From contig JAGMCR010000003.1 in assembly GCA_023129115.1 (NCBI GenBank), forward strand, positions 64,001-128,000: a stretch of 64,000 bases of DNA, in the 5' to 3' direction. The notes below the pieces were generated by a model that did not search any database, had not been told where the DNA came from, and saw only the letters and a list, made by a program, of their open reading frames with translations. This document shows positions 1 through 10,990 of this stretch, in pieces. Position 1 is the stretch's first letter, and each line of letters opens with the position of its first letter. The position numbers were made by a program, and so were the translations under genes. The DNA comes from Candidatus Iainarchaeum sp. Lineage in GTDB: Archaea; B1Sed10-29; WALL01.

Positions 1-136
1 CATTGCCATGGTCTTCACTGGAATGCGTCATTTCAACCACTAGCTTTCCCGTCATCTGACGGAAAAATGAAAGGTTTTTAAAGTCAATCCAACAGAAGTA
101 TAGCCCACATTCTAGCTCTACGGTAAGGGACAGCTT

Positions 137-445
137 ATGCAGGATATTGGACGGCTTATTCGGCTTGAAAACGCCCACGAGGTCAAGATAGGGGAAAAGC
201 AGGCCAAGCTCGAGGAAGGGATTACCAAAGAAATCGAGAGGGCCAAGGCTGCCATTGAAAAGGCCAAGGCCGCTGCAGAGGGGGAGGAGAAAAAAGCCGC
301 TGAAAAAGGCGCTTCAGAAGGCGCCAAAGAGGCCAAGAAAGTACAGCAGGAGTACAAGAAAAAGCAGGATTCCCTCAAGAAGGCCTACAGCGCGAACAAG
401 GCAAGCGCAGTAAAGGAGGGCCTCAGGGCCGTGCTCAGCGGGTGA
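137..445 (+). CDS. atpH: A/V-type ATP synthase subunit H (peripheral stalk)
   Basis: Short E/K/A-rich coiled coil; first gene of the ATP synthase operon, directly before subunit I. Confidence 0.7.
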   Translation: MQDIGRLIRLENAHEVKIGEKQAKLEEGITKEIERAKAAIEKAKAAAEGEEKKAAEKGASEGAKEAKKVQQEYKKKQDSLKKAYSANKASAVKEGLRAVLSG

Positions 446-451
446 TATTGA

Positions 452-2338
452 GTGTTCTCCACCGCCCCGATGCGGCATGTCACGCTCCTCGTCCCCAATG
501 CCGGGGTCGACGAATTTCTGCTCAAGCTGCACTCGAAGGGCATCTGCCAGATAAAGCAAAAAGAAGGGCCAATCCCTGAAGAGTATTCAGAGCTCTTCAA
601 GATGAGTTCCGACGTGAAGGCTTCGCGGGACCGGCTCTACAAGTACAAGCCCGCGGTCGGAAACATCGGCAAGATGCTTTTCCCCAGGCCCGAGCCCAAG
701 GTTGTTGTCGACAAGAGGCGGGACGAGGAAATAATCACTGAGACGCGGGAGAAATTCGATGGGCTCAAGGGAGGGCTCGAGACAGACATCGGCCCGCTCA
801 AGAAAAAAAAGCTTGAGCTCGAGGCGAGGATAAAGCTGCTAGACCTTTACCCGCCCGGCATTGACCTGGCGTACATTCGCAGGGGGTGGGAAATAAGCGC
901 GCACGCCGGCCTCATCCGCGCGCAGAGCGAGGCCGAGCTGAAAAAGCTGAAGGGCGTCAAGCTGCTGCGGCCGATTGACAAGAAAACTCTTTTTGTGTTG
1001 GTGTACAGCAAGAGGGCGGACGAGGAAAAGGCGCTCGCTAGGCTTCACGAGATTGGGTTCGAGGAGCTGGAGCTCCCGGCAGAAAAGGGCACGCCCGAAG
1101 AGGTGAGGCGGCAGCTGAAGAAAGAGCTCGGTGCCTTGAGGGACGATATGTCCAAGGAAAGGGCGAGGCTGCGGAAGCTGTGGGAGAGCGAGCACCTCAA
1201 GGTGGACGCGCTCACAGAAGAGTTGGAAATAGTGACCGACCGCATGAAGGCCGACACCGCAATCGAGAAGGGGTATGCGATTGCACGGCTCGAGGCGTGG
1301 GTGCCTGAAAAAGAGTGGGCGAAGTTCAAGTCACTCGTGAAGCGGAGCTTCACAGAGCACTACATATTGCCCGTGGAGCGCGAGGACGCTCCCACGCTGC
1401 TGGAGAACCCGCAGCCGATAAAGGCGTACGAATTGATTACGGGGTTGTACGGGCTCCCGAAGTACGGGAAGACCGACCCGACGCCGATTCTCGCGTTCAC
1501 TTTTGCGCTGTTTTTCGGGTTTATGCTCACCGACGCCATTTATGGGATTGTGCTGGGGCTGCTCGGGCTGCTCATGGTTGGCGGCGTGGGCAGGGTCAAC
1601 GAGGGCATGAAGAACTTTGGGGTAATCTTGACGGTAAACGGGGTTTTCACGGCGATGCTGGGCGCATTGTTCGGGAGCTGGGCCGGCTCGCTGGTCACGG
1701 AGTGGCTGGGCATACCGTTTTGGATTGACCCCATGAAAGAGGCAATGATAGTGCTGATTATTTCGCTCGTGATTGGGTTCATTCACTTGACCACAGGGTA
1801 CTTGATTGGGGTCAAGGACAAGCGCAAGAGCCTGCTCGACGCGGCGCGGCCGAGCGGCGTCATGCTCATGATGATGACTGGCATAGTGCTCATCATTGTT
1901 TCGATGATGGGGCTGGGGTACCTGCAGATGGTCGGGGTTGGGCTGATTCTGCTTTCGGTCGTCGCGAACTTTGTTGTCGCATTCAAGCAGGACGGGCCAA
2001 TCATGTCCGCGCTCTCGATTTTTGACTTCACCGGCTGGCTCGGGGACTGGTTCTCGTACGCGAGGCTGATGAGCCTTGCGCTGGGGACGGCGGGGATTGC
2101 GCTCGCGGTGAACTTCATGGCTGGCATGATGGGGGAGATGGTTCCAGTCGTCGGGCCGCTCGTCGCGGCAGTAATACTCATAGGGGGCCACGCGTTCAAC
2201 ATTGGCGTCAATGCCCTGGGCTCGTTTGTCCACAGCCTGAGGCTGCATTTCCTGGAGTTCTTCTCCAAGTTTTATGACGCCGGGGGAGTGGCCTATCAAC
2301 CATTTTATGCTAAACGCAAATTAACGGAGGTAAAATAA
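452..2338 (+). CDS. atpI: A/V-type ATP synthase subunit I (a)
   Basis: Motifs PTLLENP, YGLPKYGKTDPT, FFGFMLTDAIYG, SYARLMSL, HSLRLHFLEFFSKFY; GTG start. Confidence 0.97.
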   Translation: MFSTAPMRHVTLLVPNAGVDEFLLKLHSKGICQIKQKEGPIPEEYSELFKMSSDVKASRDRLYKYKPAVGNIGKMLFPRPEPKVVVDKRRDEEIITETREKFDGLKGGLETDIGPLKKKKLELEARIKLLDLYPPGIDLAYIRRGWEISAHAGLIRAQSEAELKKLKGVKLLRPIDKKTLFVLVYSKRADEEKALARLHEIGFEELELPAEKGTPEEVRRQLKKELGALRDDMSKERARLRKLWESEHLKVDALTEELEIVTDRMKADTAIEKGYAIARLEAWVPEKEWAKFKSLVKRSFTEHYILPVEREDAPTLLENPQPIKAYELITGLYGLPKYGKTDPTPILAFTFALFFGFMLTDAIYGIVLGLLGLLMVGGVGRVNEGMKNFGVILTVNGVFTAMLGALFGSWAGSLVTEWLGIPFWIDPMKEAMIVLIISLVIGFIHLTTGYLIGVKDKRKSLLDAARPSGVMLMMMTGIVLIIVSMMGLGYLQMVGVGLILLSVVANFVVAFKQDGPIMSALSIFDFTGWLGDWFSYARLMSLALGTAGIALAVNFMAGMMGEMVPVVGPLVAAVILIGGHAFNIGVNALGSFVHSLRLHFLEFFSKFYDAGGVAYQPFYAKRKLTEVK

Positions 2339-2841
2339 TGGGAATCAGTGAATTTCTCGCTGGAATGATAACAGGGCAGACACTGGCAATGCTTGGTGCT
2401 GCGCTGGCTTTAGGAGTAGCAGGGTTCGGCACCGCCATGGGTGTCCACGCGGCAGGAGTCTCGGCTGCTGGCGCAGTCGCGGAAAACAAGGACAACTTCA
2501 AGAACGCGCTTGTGCTGCAGGCCATGCCCCAGACCCAGACCATCTACGGCTTTATTATCGCGCTGTTGATAGCGATGGGCGCCGGGCTTCTCGGAGCTGC
2601 CAATGAGCTTACGGTCGCGCAGGGCGGCGTAATGCTCTCGGCCGGGCTTGTTGTTGCCTTGACTGGCCTTAGTGCTGCGTTCCAGGGCAAGATTTCGGCT
2701 GCAGGCATCGCGGCGACGTCCAGGAACCAGGGCGCGTTTGTCCCGAGCATCATTTTCTCGGGCCAGGCGGAGACCCCGGCAATCTTCGGGTTCGTCATCG
2801 CGCTGATTGTGCTGGTGGTCGGCCTTGGAGTGCTTGGCTGA
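2338..2841 (+). CDS. atpK: A/V-type ATP synthase subunit K (c), duplicated 4-TM form
   Basis: Hydrophobic 167 aa with MPQTQTIYG, QGKISAAG and AETPAIFG. Confidence 0.95.
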   Translation: MGISEFLAGMITGQTLAMLGAALALGVAGFGTAMGVHAAGVSAAGAVAENKDNFKNALVLQAMPQTQTIYGFIIALLIAMGAGLLGAANELTVAQGGVMLSAGLVVALTGLSAAFQGKISAAGIAATSRNQGAFVPSIIFSGQAETPAIFGFVIALIVLVVGLGVLG

Positions 2842-2850
2842 GGTGCGCGA

Positions 2851-3396
2851 ATGAAAGTTGTTGGAGACCTGCGCGGCCTCGAAAAGGCCGTGAAGCAGCG
2901 CTACCGCTCGGACGCGAAGTCCCTGGAATCAGAAGCGAGAGCCAGGACAAAGAAGATCCGGGACTGGCAGTCCGAGCAGGTCAAGGAAATCAAGCGCTCG
3001 CGAAAGGCGAGGCTTGAGTCGGTCCGCGAGACCGCGAAGCGCCGCGTGGTGAACGAGGCGCGGATGAAGGCGCGGATGGAATACCAGCGCGAGAAGGAGA
3101 AGCACATAGCATCGGTCGTCGCCGAGGCCCGCAAGGGCCTCAAGAAGCTGAGCGAATCGGAAGAGTACATGAGCTACGTCAAGCGGCACCTCCCGAAGGT
3201 GAAGGGCTACACCGCGTACTGTGGGAGCCCAAAGTACAAGGACATATTCGGGGACAAAATGAAGCCAGACAAGGCAATCACCGGCGTCAAAATAGTCGCC
3301 GGAGACACAGCGTATGACTTCACGCTGGACAGCCTCATGGACTCTAGGATAAGCGAGGTAAAGATGGCGGCGAGCAAGGCGCTATTCGAGGAATGA
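2851..3396 (+). CDS. atpE: A/V-type ATP synthase subunit E
   Basis: N-terminal coiled coil, C-terminal ITGVKI...YDFTLDS; position in operon. Confidence 0.85.
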   Translation: MKVVGDLRGLEKAVKQRYRSDAKSLESEARARTKKIRDWQSEQVKEIKRSRKARLESVRETAKRRVVNEARMKARMEYQREKEKHIASVVAEARKGLKKLSESEEYMSYVKRHLPKVKGYTAYCGSPKYKDIFGDKMKPDKAITGVKIVAGDTAYDFTLDSLMDSRISEVKMAASKALFEE

Positions 3397-3397
3397 A

Positions 3398-4459
3398 ATG
3401 GTTGTAGTTGTAGTCTTTTCGGTGGCGTTCGTCGTTGCCCTGGCAGGGTACGCCTTCCTCAAGGTGTTCCCTATGTCTGCGTACCTGTACGCGGACGCCC
3501 GGGCTAGCGCGAGGTCTGCAAGGCTGCTGAAGAAAGATGACTACAGCCGATTGGCGTCGGCGGCGTCGTTCCCCGACTTCGTGTCCGGGCTCAAGGGCAC
3601 GGCGTACGAGTGCGAATGCCAGAACGCGCGGGAGTTCCACCTCCTGCTGGAGAGGCACTACCTCGGCGAGTACGCCGAGATAGCCAAGGACACGCCAAGC
3701 GCGTACAAGGCCGTGCTCGACGCAGAGCTGATGAGGCACGAGGCGAGCTGCATAAAGCTCTTGATGAAGAGCAAGCTCAAGAGCATTGAATTGAACGAGG
3801 AGCTGACAGTGCCCGTCGGGAGCGTGACTCCCTCGCTGCTTAACAGCCTCAGGGGCGCTGAGACCGTGGGCGACATGGCCGTAATGCTGCAGCGCACGGG
3901 CTTCGCGGACCTGTTCTCGAGCGACTTCTGGAAGGACAAGTCGTGGGAAGAGGCCGAGATGGAGATAGATGGGTTTGTGACGAAGAAGATGCGCGAAACC
4001 ATTTCTGCCGCGAGGATTCCGGAGGGCAAGGAGCTTATGGCGCTGCTGGAGGGGGCCATGGTCGCAGAGGACGTGCTACTCTTGATTAGGGCGAAGCTTC
4101 GCGGGCTCGGCGAGGAAGAGCAGCAGGCGCTTGCGGAAGCCACGGAGATGGGCGGCGACGCGCGCGAGCTCGTTAAGGTTTCCCTCGAGGGCATAACGCC
4201 CGAGGCACTGCCGCCGGTCGCGGTGCTGCGCGACAACAGCGAGCTGGTGTCCGAGGGCAAAATCGTCGAGCTCGAGAAGGCGGTGGGCGAGCACATCGCG
4301 TCGAGGACGCGGCAGCTCGCGATGTTCCACCCGGAGGGTGCGTACCCGATTGCGCTTTACATAATGGAAAAGAACAGCGAGAAGAAGGCGCTCCAGCTGA
4401 TTAGCAAGGCGGTCGAGGAAGGAATGCCCACGGAGAGGGTGCTGGAGCTGATGGCGTGA
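3398..4459 (+). CDS. atpC: A/V-type ATP synthase subunit C
   Basis: YLYADARASARSARLL matches the YxYxxARxxA motif of subunit C; preceded by a hydrophobic N-terminal helix. Confidence 0.9.
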   Translation: MVVVVVFSVAFVVALAGYAFLKVFPMSAYLYADARASARSARLLKKDDYSRLASAASFPDFVSGLKGTAYECECQNAREFHLLLERHYLGEYAEIAKDTPSAYKAVLDAELMRHEASCIKLLMKSKLKSIELNEELTVPVGSVTPSLLNSLRGAETVGDMAVMLQRTGFADLFSSDFWKDKSWEEAEMEIDGFVTKKMRETISAARIPEGKELMALLEGAMVAEDVLLLIRAKLRGLGEEEQQALAEATEMGGDARELVKVSLEGITPEALPPVAVLRDNSELVSEGKIVELEKAVGEHIASRTRQLAMFHPEGAYPIALYIMEKNSEKKALQLISKAVEEGMPTERVLELMA

Positions 4460-4734
4460 TAATACTCGGGAACCCGCAGTTCGCGACGGCGATGCTGCTG
4501 GCGGGGATAAGCAACAGCCATCGCGTAACAAGCCGCGCGGAGTGGCTTGCGCGCGTGCGCGAGCTCCCGAAAGAAGAGACAATCATCGCAAACACGAGCG
4601 TCGTGGGAATCCTCCCCGAGCTCAAGGAATTCAAGAACCTGATAACGCTTCCTGACAGCGCTTCAGAGTTCGGCAGCGTCGACGACCTCAAGGAAATCGT
4701 GAAGGCTGCCGTTGGAATAGAGATAGAGGTGTGA
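4456..4734 (+). CDS. atpF: A/V-type ATP synthase subunit F
   Basis: LLAGI at N-terminus, [10 protein letters not shown] at C-terminus; lies between C and A. Confidence 0.9.
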   Translation: MIILGNPQFATAMLLAGISNSHRVTSRAEWLARVRELPKEETIIANTSVVGILPELKEFKNLITLPDSASEFGSVDDLKEIVKAAVGIEIEV

Positions 4735-4736
4735 AA

Positions 4737-6482
4737 ATGCCAAAGATAAAGAAAATATCCGGCCCGGTTGTGGTTGCGGACGACATAAAAGGCTCACGAA
4801 TGTATGACATGGTGCGCGTGGGCGAGGAGCATCTGATTGGCGAAATAATCCAGCTGCACGGGGACACCGCGACCATACAGGTGTACGAAGACACAAACGG
4901 CCTGAGGCCAGGCGAGCCCGTGAAGCCCACTGGCCGCCAGCTCAGCATACAGCTGGGCCCAGGCCTGCTGAAGTCGATTTACGACGGGATTGCGAGGCCG
5001 CTTGAGTCGATTGCCGACAAGTCCGGCGACTTCATCGCCAGAGGAATCGATGTGCCGTCGCTCGACAAGAAGAAGCAGTGGGAGTTCAAGCCCCTTGTGA
5101 AGAAGGGGGACAAGATTACTCCCGGGCAGATAGTCGGCGAGGTCAAGGAGACCAGCGTGCTCACCCACAGGATTTTGTGCCCGCCGGACATCAGCGGCAG
5201 GGCCGTCGACGTGAGCAGCGGCAAGCACCGGGTCGACGATGTTGTTGTGAAAGTTGAGTCAGGAAAGGCAAAAGGGGAAATCAAGCTCTCGCAGGAGTGG
5301 CCGGTCCGGGTCGGCAGGCCGTATTCTGAAAAGCTGTTCCCGGACGTTCCGCTCGTGACGGGGCAGAGGATTCTCGACACGTTCTTCCCGCTCGCGAAGG
5401 GCGGGACAGCGGCAATTCCGGGGCCGTTCGGCTCCGGGAAGACGGTGACGCAGCACCAGCTCGCCAAGTGGAGCGACGCTGACATCGTTGTGTACATCGG
5501 GTGCGGCGAGCGCGGGAACGAGATGACTGAAGTGCTCGAGGAGTTCCCGAAGCTAAAGGACCCGAAGAGCGGGAAGCCGCTGATGGAGCGGACCGTGATG
5601 ATTGCGAACACTTCGAACATGCCTGTCGCAGCGAGGGAGGCGAGCGTTTACACCGGGATTACGATTGCCGAGTACTACCGCGACATGGGATACGACGTCT
5701 CGCTCATGGCGGACTCGACTTCAAGGTGGGCAGAGGCCATGAGGGAAATCTCGAGCCGGCTCGAGGAGATGCCTGGCGAAGAAGGGTATCCCGCGTATCT
5801 CGCGTCGAAGCTCGCCGCTTTCTACGAGAGGGCCGGAAGGGTAACGGCGCTGAACAACAAGAACGGGTCAGTGAGTGTTATCGGCGCAGTGTCGCCGCCG
5901 GGCGGCGACTTCTCCGAGCCGGTGACGCAGAACACGCTTCGGATTACGAAAGTGTTCTGGGCGCTGGACGCGAGCCTTGCGTACAGGCGGCACTTCCCTG
6001 CAATCAACTGGCTGACCTCGTACTCGCTCTACGAGCGGTACCTTGAGGACTACTTCAAGAAAGAGGTCTCCCAGGAGTTTGTTGAGCTGCGCAAGGAGTC
6101 GATGGTGCTGCTGCAGAAGGAGGCTGAGCTGAAGGAGATTGTGCAGCTCGTCGGCCCGGATGCACTTCCGGCCGAGGAGCGGCTCGTGCTCGACACCACC
6201 AAGTCGATTCGCGAGGACTTTCTGCAGCAGAACGCCTACCACGACGTGGACTCGTACTGCAGCCTCGAGAAGCAGTACGGGATGCTGGGATTGATTCTGC
6301 ACTTCCACGGCGAGGCCACGAAGGCCATGGCGTCCGGTGCAAAGATTGGGAAGCTCACCACGCTGCCAATCAAGGAAAAGATTGCGCGGATGAAGTACGA
6401 CGAGGAGTTCATCAAGAACATCCCGAAGATGCGGAAAGAGATTGAAAAGCAAACAGCGTCTGCAGTGGAGGTGGTGGAATGA
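4737..6482 (+). CDS. atpA: A/V-type ATP synthase subunit A
   Basis: Walker [37 protein letters not shown]; ATG at 4737 (GTG at 4731 possible); no intein. Confidence 0.99.
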   Translation: MPKIKKISGPVVVADDIKGSRMYDMVRVGEEHLIGEIIQLHGDTATIQVYEDTNGLRPGEPVKPTGRQLSIQLGPGLLKSIYDGIARPLESIADKSGDFIARGIDVPSLDKKKQWEFKPLVKKGDKITPGQIVGEVKETSVLTHRILCPPDISGRAVDVSSGKHRVDDVVVKVESGKAKGEIKLSQEWPVRVGRPYSEKLFPDVPLVTGQRILDTFFPLAKGGTAAIPGPFGSGKTVTQHQLAKWSDADIVVYIGCGERGNEMTEVLEEFPKLKDPKSGKPLMERTVMIANTSNMPVAAREASVYTGITIAEYYRDMGYDVSLMADSTSRWAEAMREISSRLEEMPGEEGYPAYLASKLAAFYERAGRVTALNNKNGSVSVIGAVSPPGGDFSEPVTQNTLRITKVFWALDASLAYRRHFPAINWLTSYSLYERYLEDYFKKEVSQEFVELRKESMVLLQKEAELKEIVQLVGPDALPAEERLVLDTTKSIREDFLQQNAYHDVDSYCSLEKQYGMLGLILHFHGEATKAMASGAKIGKLTTLPIKEKIARMKYDEEFIKNIPKMRKEIEKQTASAVEVVE

Positions 6483-7975
6483 TAAGCGAGTACAAGTCCA
6501 TACGCGAGGTCGCCGGGCCGCTGCTGGTCGTGGACGGCATTGACGACGCGGGCTACGGCGAGCTCGTGAGGATAAAGACGGGCAGCGGCGAGCAGAAGAT
6601 GGGCCAGGTGCTCGAGACCGCGAAGGGCTACGCAGTCGTGCAGGTGTTCGAGGGCACGGACGGCATCGACACGAAGGGCACGAGCGTGCGCTTCACCGGC
6701 GAGACCGTGAAGCTGAGCGTTTCGACCGACATGCTTGGCCGCGTGTTCAATGGCAGGGGGGAGCCGATTGACAATGGGCCTGAAATCGTGCCGGACAAGA
6801 AGCTGGACATCAACGGCGAGGCGATTAACCCCTCGCGGAGGGACACTCCGCTGGACTTTATCCAGACAGGCGTCTCGACGATTGATGGCATGAACACGCT
6901 GGTGCGCGGGCAGAAGCTCCCGATTTTCTCGGGCGCGGGCCTGCCGCACAACTTGCTTGCCGCGCAGATTGCGAGGCAGGCCAAGACGAGGAAGACCGGC
7001 GAGCAGTTCGCCATAGTGTTCGCCGCGATGGGGATTACGAACGAGGAGGCGCTGTTCTTCCAGAAGGAGTTCGAGCGGACTGGCGCGCTGAGCAATGTGG
7101 TGATGTTCCTGAACATGGCGAACGACCCGGCGATTGAGAGGATTATCACGCCGAGGATGGCGCTGACCACGGCGGAGTTTTTGGCGTACGAAAAGGACAT
7201 GCACATATTGGTCATCCTCACGGACATGACGAACTATTGTGAGGCACTGCGTGAGATTGCCGCTGCCAGGGAAGAAGTCCCTGGGAGGCGGGGATACCCG
7301 GGGTACATGTACACCGACCTCTCGACTATTTACGAGAGGGCGGGGAGGATTAAGGGGAGGAAGGGCTCGGTCACGCAGCTGCCAATCCTTACGATGCCGG
7401 ACGACGACATTACGCACCCGATTGCAGACCTGACTGGGTACATTACCGAGGGGCAGATTGTGCTGAGCAGGGAGCTGCACCGCAAGGGCATCTACCCGCC
7501 AATCAACCCGCTGCCGTCGCTGTCGAGGCTGATGAAGAACGGCATTGGCTCCGGGAAGACGAGGGGCGACCACCCCGACATCTCGAACCAGCTCTACGCG
7601 GGATATGCACAGGGCATCGAGGTGCGGGAGCTGGTGGCTGTTGTCGGCGAGGAGTCGCTGGGCGAGCTTGACAAGCTCTACCTCAAGTTTGCCGACGACT
7701 TCGAGGACAAGTTCATCCGCCAGGAGTATTCCGAGGAGCGGGGCATTGAGGAGACGCTCGGCTTGACTTGGGAGCTGCTGTCGATGCTGCCTGAGAGCGA
7801 GCTGAAGAGGGTCAGGGACGAGTACATCGAGAAGTACCACCCGCACAAGGCCAAGGGCGAAGGCAAGCTGGCTGTTGAGGCAAGGGTGTCCGGGCAAATC
7901 ACGGACATTGACTTGCTTGGTGGCAATTTGGTTAGCCTCGGTGGGCTGAAGAGGAAAAAGAAGCCGAGAGTGTAA
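6479..7975 (+). CDS. atpB: A/V-type ATP synthase subunit B
   Basis: [33 protein letters not shown]. Confidence 0.99.
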   Translation: MISEYKSIREVAGPLLVVDGIDDAGYGELVRIKTGSGEQKMGQVLETAKGYAVVQVFEGTDGIDTKGTSVRFTGETVKLSVSTDMLGRVFNGRGEPIDNGPEIVPDKKLDINGEAINPSRRDTPLDFIQTGVSTIDGMNTLVRGQKLPIFSGAGLPHNLLAAQIARQAKTRKTGEQFAIVFAAMGITNEEALFFQKEFERTGALSNVVMFLNMANDPAIERIITPRMALTTAEFLAYEKDMHILVILTDMTNYCEALREIAAAREEVPGRRGYPGYMYTDLSTIYERAGRIKGRKGSVTQLPILTMPDDDITHPIADLTGYITEGQIVLSRELHRKGIYPPINPLPSLSRLMKNGIGSGKTRGDHPDISNQLYAGYAQGIEVRELVAVVGEESLGELDKLYLKFADDFEDKFIRQEYSEERGIEETLGLTWELLSMLPESELKRVRDEYIEKYHPHKAKGEGKLAVEARVSGQITDIDLLGGNLVSLGGLKRKKKPRV

Positions 7976-7979
7976 GACG

Positions 7980-8594
7980 ATGCAGGTAAAGCCGACCCGG
8001 ATGGAGCTTCTTCGCACCAAGAAGAAGCTGAAGCTGGCCGAGAAGGGCCACAAGCTCCTAAAGGAAAAGCGGGACACGCTGGTGATGGAGTTCTTCAGCA
8101 CCCTGAAAGAGGTAAAGGAAGTGCGTGCCGGCATTGGCGGGGAGCTTGGCGAGGCAGAGGATCGGCTGTTCATGGCCGAGGCGCACATGGGCATACAGGA
8201 GATTGAGCGTGTCGCGCAGGGGCTTTCCGGCGAGACCAAGATTACCTTCAAGTCCAAGAACATCATGGGCGTGAAGGTGCCTGAGATTGACGAGCTTGAG
8301 ATTAGCCCGGAGTGGTATTCGGTGATTTCGAGCTCGACCTACCTCGAGGCGGCCGTGAACAAGTACCGGGCTTTGGCGCCGCGAATCCTGAAGCTGGCGG
8401 AGCTTGAGCTGAAGCTGAAGCGCCTGGCCGAGGAGATTAAGGCCACGAAGCGCAGGGTGAACTCGCTGGAGTACATCACAATCCCGATACTTGAGGAGAT
8501 AAAGAAGGAAGTCGCGTTCAAGCTCGAGGAGCGGGAGAGGGAGAACTTCACGCGGCTGAAGAAAATTAAGTCAAAGGCGACTGCAAATGCCTGA
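7980..8594 (+). CDS. atpD: A/V-type ATP synthase subunit D
   Basis: KPTRMELL, GHKLLKEKRD, TKRRVNSLE, LEERERENF. Confidence 0.98.
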   Translation: MQVKPTRMELLRTKKKLKLAEKGHKLLKEKRDTLVMEFFSTLKEVKEVRAGIGGELGEAEDRLFMAEAHMGIQEIERVAQGLSGETKITFKSKNIMGVKVPEIDELEISPEWYSVISSSTYLEAAVNKYRALAPRILKLAELELKLKRLAEEIKATKRRVNSLEYITIPILEEIKKEVAFKLEERERENFTRLKKIKSKATANA

Positions 8595-8712
8595 AAAGAA
8601 CGAGAAATGGGTCTTGGCGACGCTGCTCGCGGGGCAGGTCTCGTCGCTGGTCATGATTTTTGGGTTCTTTATGTTCCTGTTTTTGGTGTTTAGGTCGCTT
8701 GGCTGGCTTTGA
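8587..8712 (+). CDS. Small single-TM protein (41 aa), not in ORF track
   Basis: Translated by hand: MPEKNEKWVLATLLAGQVSSLVMIFGFFMFLFLVFRSLGWL; start overlaps the end of atpD. Confidence 0.6.
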   Translation: MPEKNEKWVLATLLAGQVSSLVMIFGFFMFLFLVFRSLGWL

Positions 8713-8754
8713 ACTACCCAAACGCATTTAAATGCGTGTTGCTTGATGGGGGTT

Positions 8755-8907
8755 ATGGAAGCCTACTGTGTCAAATGCAGGACGAAAGTTGAGATTAAGG
8801 ACGGTGAGGAAGTCATCATTGACACCAAGCGCGGCAAGAAAAAGTTTATGATGGGCACGTGCAGCGTCTGCGGGACCAAGGTATCGCGCGTCTTGGGCAA
8901 TGCTTAG
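8755..8907 (+). CDS. Small zinc-ribbon protein, DUF5679-like (50 aa), not in ORF track
   Basis: MEAYCVKCRTKVEIKD...GTCSVCGTKVSRVLG with two CxxC motifs; TTTAAA about 25 bp upstream. Confidence 0.8.
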   Translation: MEAYCVKCRTKVEIKDGEEVIIDTKRGKKKFMMGTCSVCGTKVSRVLGNA

Positions 8908-9773
8908 GTGAACAGCAGCCAAAGCAGTGTGTCGCCAACCATCAAGTTCAGCAATAGCGAAGCCAGTATGAATACTCCGAACTTCGGCAAGTTCTCCTGA
9001 ACGATAATTTGCTTGATGCCGTGCTTCCTGGCCGTCTTTTTTATCGCCTTCAGCTCCATTTCAAGGAAGGTCTTTCTGCTTCCGAGCCCCAGCTTCTTCT
9101 TCATTGATGGGCTCATTAGCTCGAGTGCTATGACGTCGTCGTCGTTGAGGTCCTTGACGGCTTTTTTCCTGACGACGTAGAGGCGCAGGATGTCTTCCTT
9201 GAACGCCATCGCGAACGTGCCGAGCGCCAGGGGGACTGCGACAATTGTCATCATCGGGCTCAAGTAGACCCAGATTACGGCAAGCGGGAGGGTCAGCGCA
9301 GAGTACAGCAGGCCGCGGAACGACTTCGCCCTGAAGTCCTTGATTTTTTTGCGGTCTTCGTGGAGGCGGCGGAGGTAGTCGATGGAGACCACTGCCATGG
9401 CCATGACCGCCGACGCGAAAAACACGCTCACGACGAATGGGTACGGGGCAATGATTGGATTGAAGCCAAGGGCCACAAGCTGGGCTGGATAGATGGGGAG
9501 CAGCAGGGCGAGTGCTGTGAACAGCTTGACGTCGCCGCCGCCGAGCTGGCCAAACGTGTAGAAGATGAAGGACGCTGCGAACACGCCGGCAGCAATCAGG
9601 TAGTATGGGACTGCAGCCTCGAGGCCGCTGTAGAGCGGCAGCAGGGCCGCGCCAAGCAGCAGCATGGCGTGGGTGTACCTGTCCGGCATATAGCCAGTCT
9701 TGAAGTCTGTGTGGGAGACCACCGCTGTCCCGATTATGGCTATTGCAACTCCCAATAACTCAAACATTGTCAT
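8904..9773 (-). CDS. A24 family prepilin/preflagellin peptidase
   Basis: TDFKTGYMPD and GGGDVKL catalytic Asp motifs; multi-TM. Confidence 0.9.
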   Translation of the reverse strand: MTMFELLGVAIAIIGTAVVSHTDFKTGYMPDRYTHAMLLLGAALLPLYSGLEAAVPYYLIAAGVFAASFIFYTFGQLGGGDVKLFTALALLLPIYPAQLVALGFNPIIAPYPFVVSVFFASAVMAMAVVSIDYLRRLHEDRKKIKDFRAKSFRGLLYSALTLPLAVIWVYLSPMMTIVAVPLALGTFAMAFKEDILRLYVVRKKAVKDLNDDDVIALELMSPSMKKKLGLGSRKTFLEMELKAIKKTARKHGIKQIIVQENLPKFGVFILASLLLNLMVGDTLLWLLFT

Positions 9774-10989
9774 GCACCTCTAGAACGTTTAATTCGACAC
9801 ACTTGCACGGCCCGAGAAAGTCGGCGAAAGACGGCTTTGTCCTCCCGGAGTCGCCGCTGATTAACTCTTTTATGTAGGCGCCCGCCTCGGCGCGGATTAC
9901 TGCGCGGAGCCGTAGCCCCTTTTTCTCCAGCTCCACGCCGTGGATTGCCCTTTTCCTCACTAGGTCGGCCCGCCGGTGCGACACCCTGTCCGGCGTGCGC
10001 TGGCTTATTTCTTTTTCTTGGAATTCATTAATTACGCTTTCGATTGCTTCGTCGGAAGCATCGTTTTCGCACTCGATGATTGCCTCGTACGTCTTGTCGT
10101 GGCGGGCGGCCTTGATGCGGCGGACTTCTTCTTTTGAGGACTTGCGCAGCTTCTGGACCTCGATTTTTCCGGTGGCGGAAGAGTTGACTTCCTTGGCCAT
10201 CTCTTCCCAGTCGAGGAACCTACGGAGGGGCTGCTGCAGCTCCAGCACGAAGGGCCGCCAACCTAAGCAGGTTGCGTCGATGTCCTCCCTGCCCGAGCCG
10301 TGGAACTTTTCCCCCTTTGCACCGGTCTTTTCCATGAACGGCTTCGCGATTATTTCCTCGACGCTCTCCTCGTACATCTTGCCAGTGAAATTGCACTCCT
10401 TGCAGCCCCGGCCCCTGCAGCGCCTGCAGAACCACTTTGTCTGGGGGATTCCGCGCAGGAGCTTCTTGTACTTGCCGTACACGAAGAGGGCGTGTATGTT
10501 CAGAGATACCTTGCCGGTCGTGAAGTCCGCGAGCGCGGTCACGTCCGGGTGCGTGAACTCCGCTTCCTTGCCCGTGGCCTTTCCCAGCTCAAGCCCAATT
10601 TGGCGCACTAGGTCCTTCTTGAGTGGCTCGCAGTGCAGCGCCCCGATTTCCACCCAGAGCTCTTCCTCCCTGCCGAGGAGCGCGCGGTCGACGCGGCAGC
10701 CGACGAGGAAGTTTTCGTAGTCCAGGCCTGCGAGGAGCTCTGCGGCTTTTTTGGCCATGGCGTCTGTCTCCAGAAAGTAGCCGCTGCAGAGCGGGCAGTC
10801 TTTTTTGAGGGCGACTTTGTCTGTCTCGCAGTGCCTTGCCTCTGCAAGTGAGTTTGACTGGCGGACCTTGGAGCCAATTGCGCCCTGGTCCATGCCCTCG
10901 AACAAGCGGTGGAACTGCCTGCCGATGCAGCGGTCGCACGCGCCGATCTCGAGCAAGTGCTTGCGTGCGGCAGAGTAGTCGAAGTCCAC
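9760..10989 (-). CDS. pus10: tRNA pseudouridine(54/55) synthase Pus10
   Basis: CDRCIGRQF, IPQTKW, FHGSGREDID, GAYIKELISGD; probable GTG start at 10989. Confidence 0.95.
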   Translation of the reverse strand: MDFDYSAARKHLLEIGACDRCIGRQFHRLFEGMDQGAIGSKVRQSNSLAEARHCETDKVALKKDCPLCSGYFLETDAMAKKAAELLAGLDYENFLVGCRVDRALLGREEELWVEIGALHCEPLKKDLVRQIGLELGKATGKEAEFTHPDVTALADFTTGKVSLNIHALFVYGKYKKLLRGIPQTKWFCRRCRGRGCKECNFTGKMYEESVEEIIAKPFMEKTGAKGEKFHGSGREDIDATCLGWRPFVLELQQPLRRFLDWEEMAKEVNSSATGKIEVQKLRKSSKEEVRRIKAARHDKTYEAIIECENDASDEAIESVINEFQEKEISQRTPDRVSHRRADLVRKRAIHGVELEKKGLRLRAVIRAEAGAYIKELISGDSGRTKPSFADFLGPCKCVELNVLEVHDNV

Positions 10990-10990
10990 T

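Noticed and set aside
6236-8266. 676-aa minus-strand ORF and similar long antisense ORFs (e.g. 60404-62107, 1331-2299)
   Set aside because: Shadow frames of GC3-rich genes (atpB, DP2, atpI).
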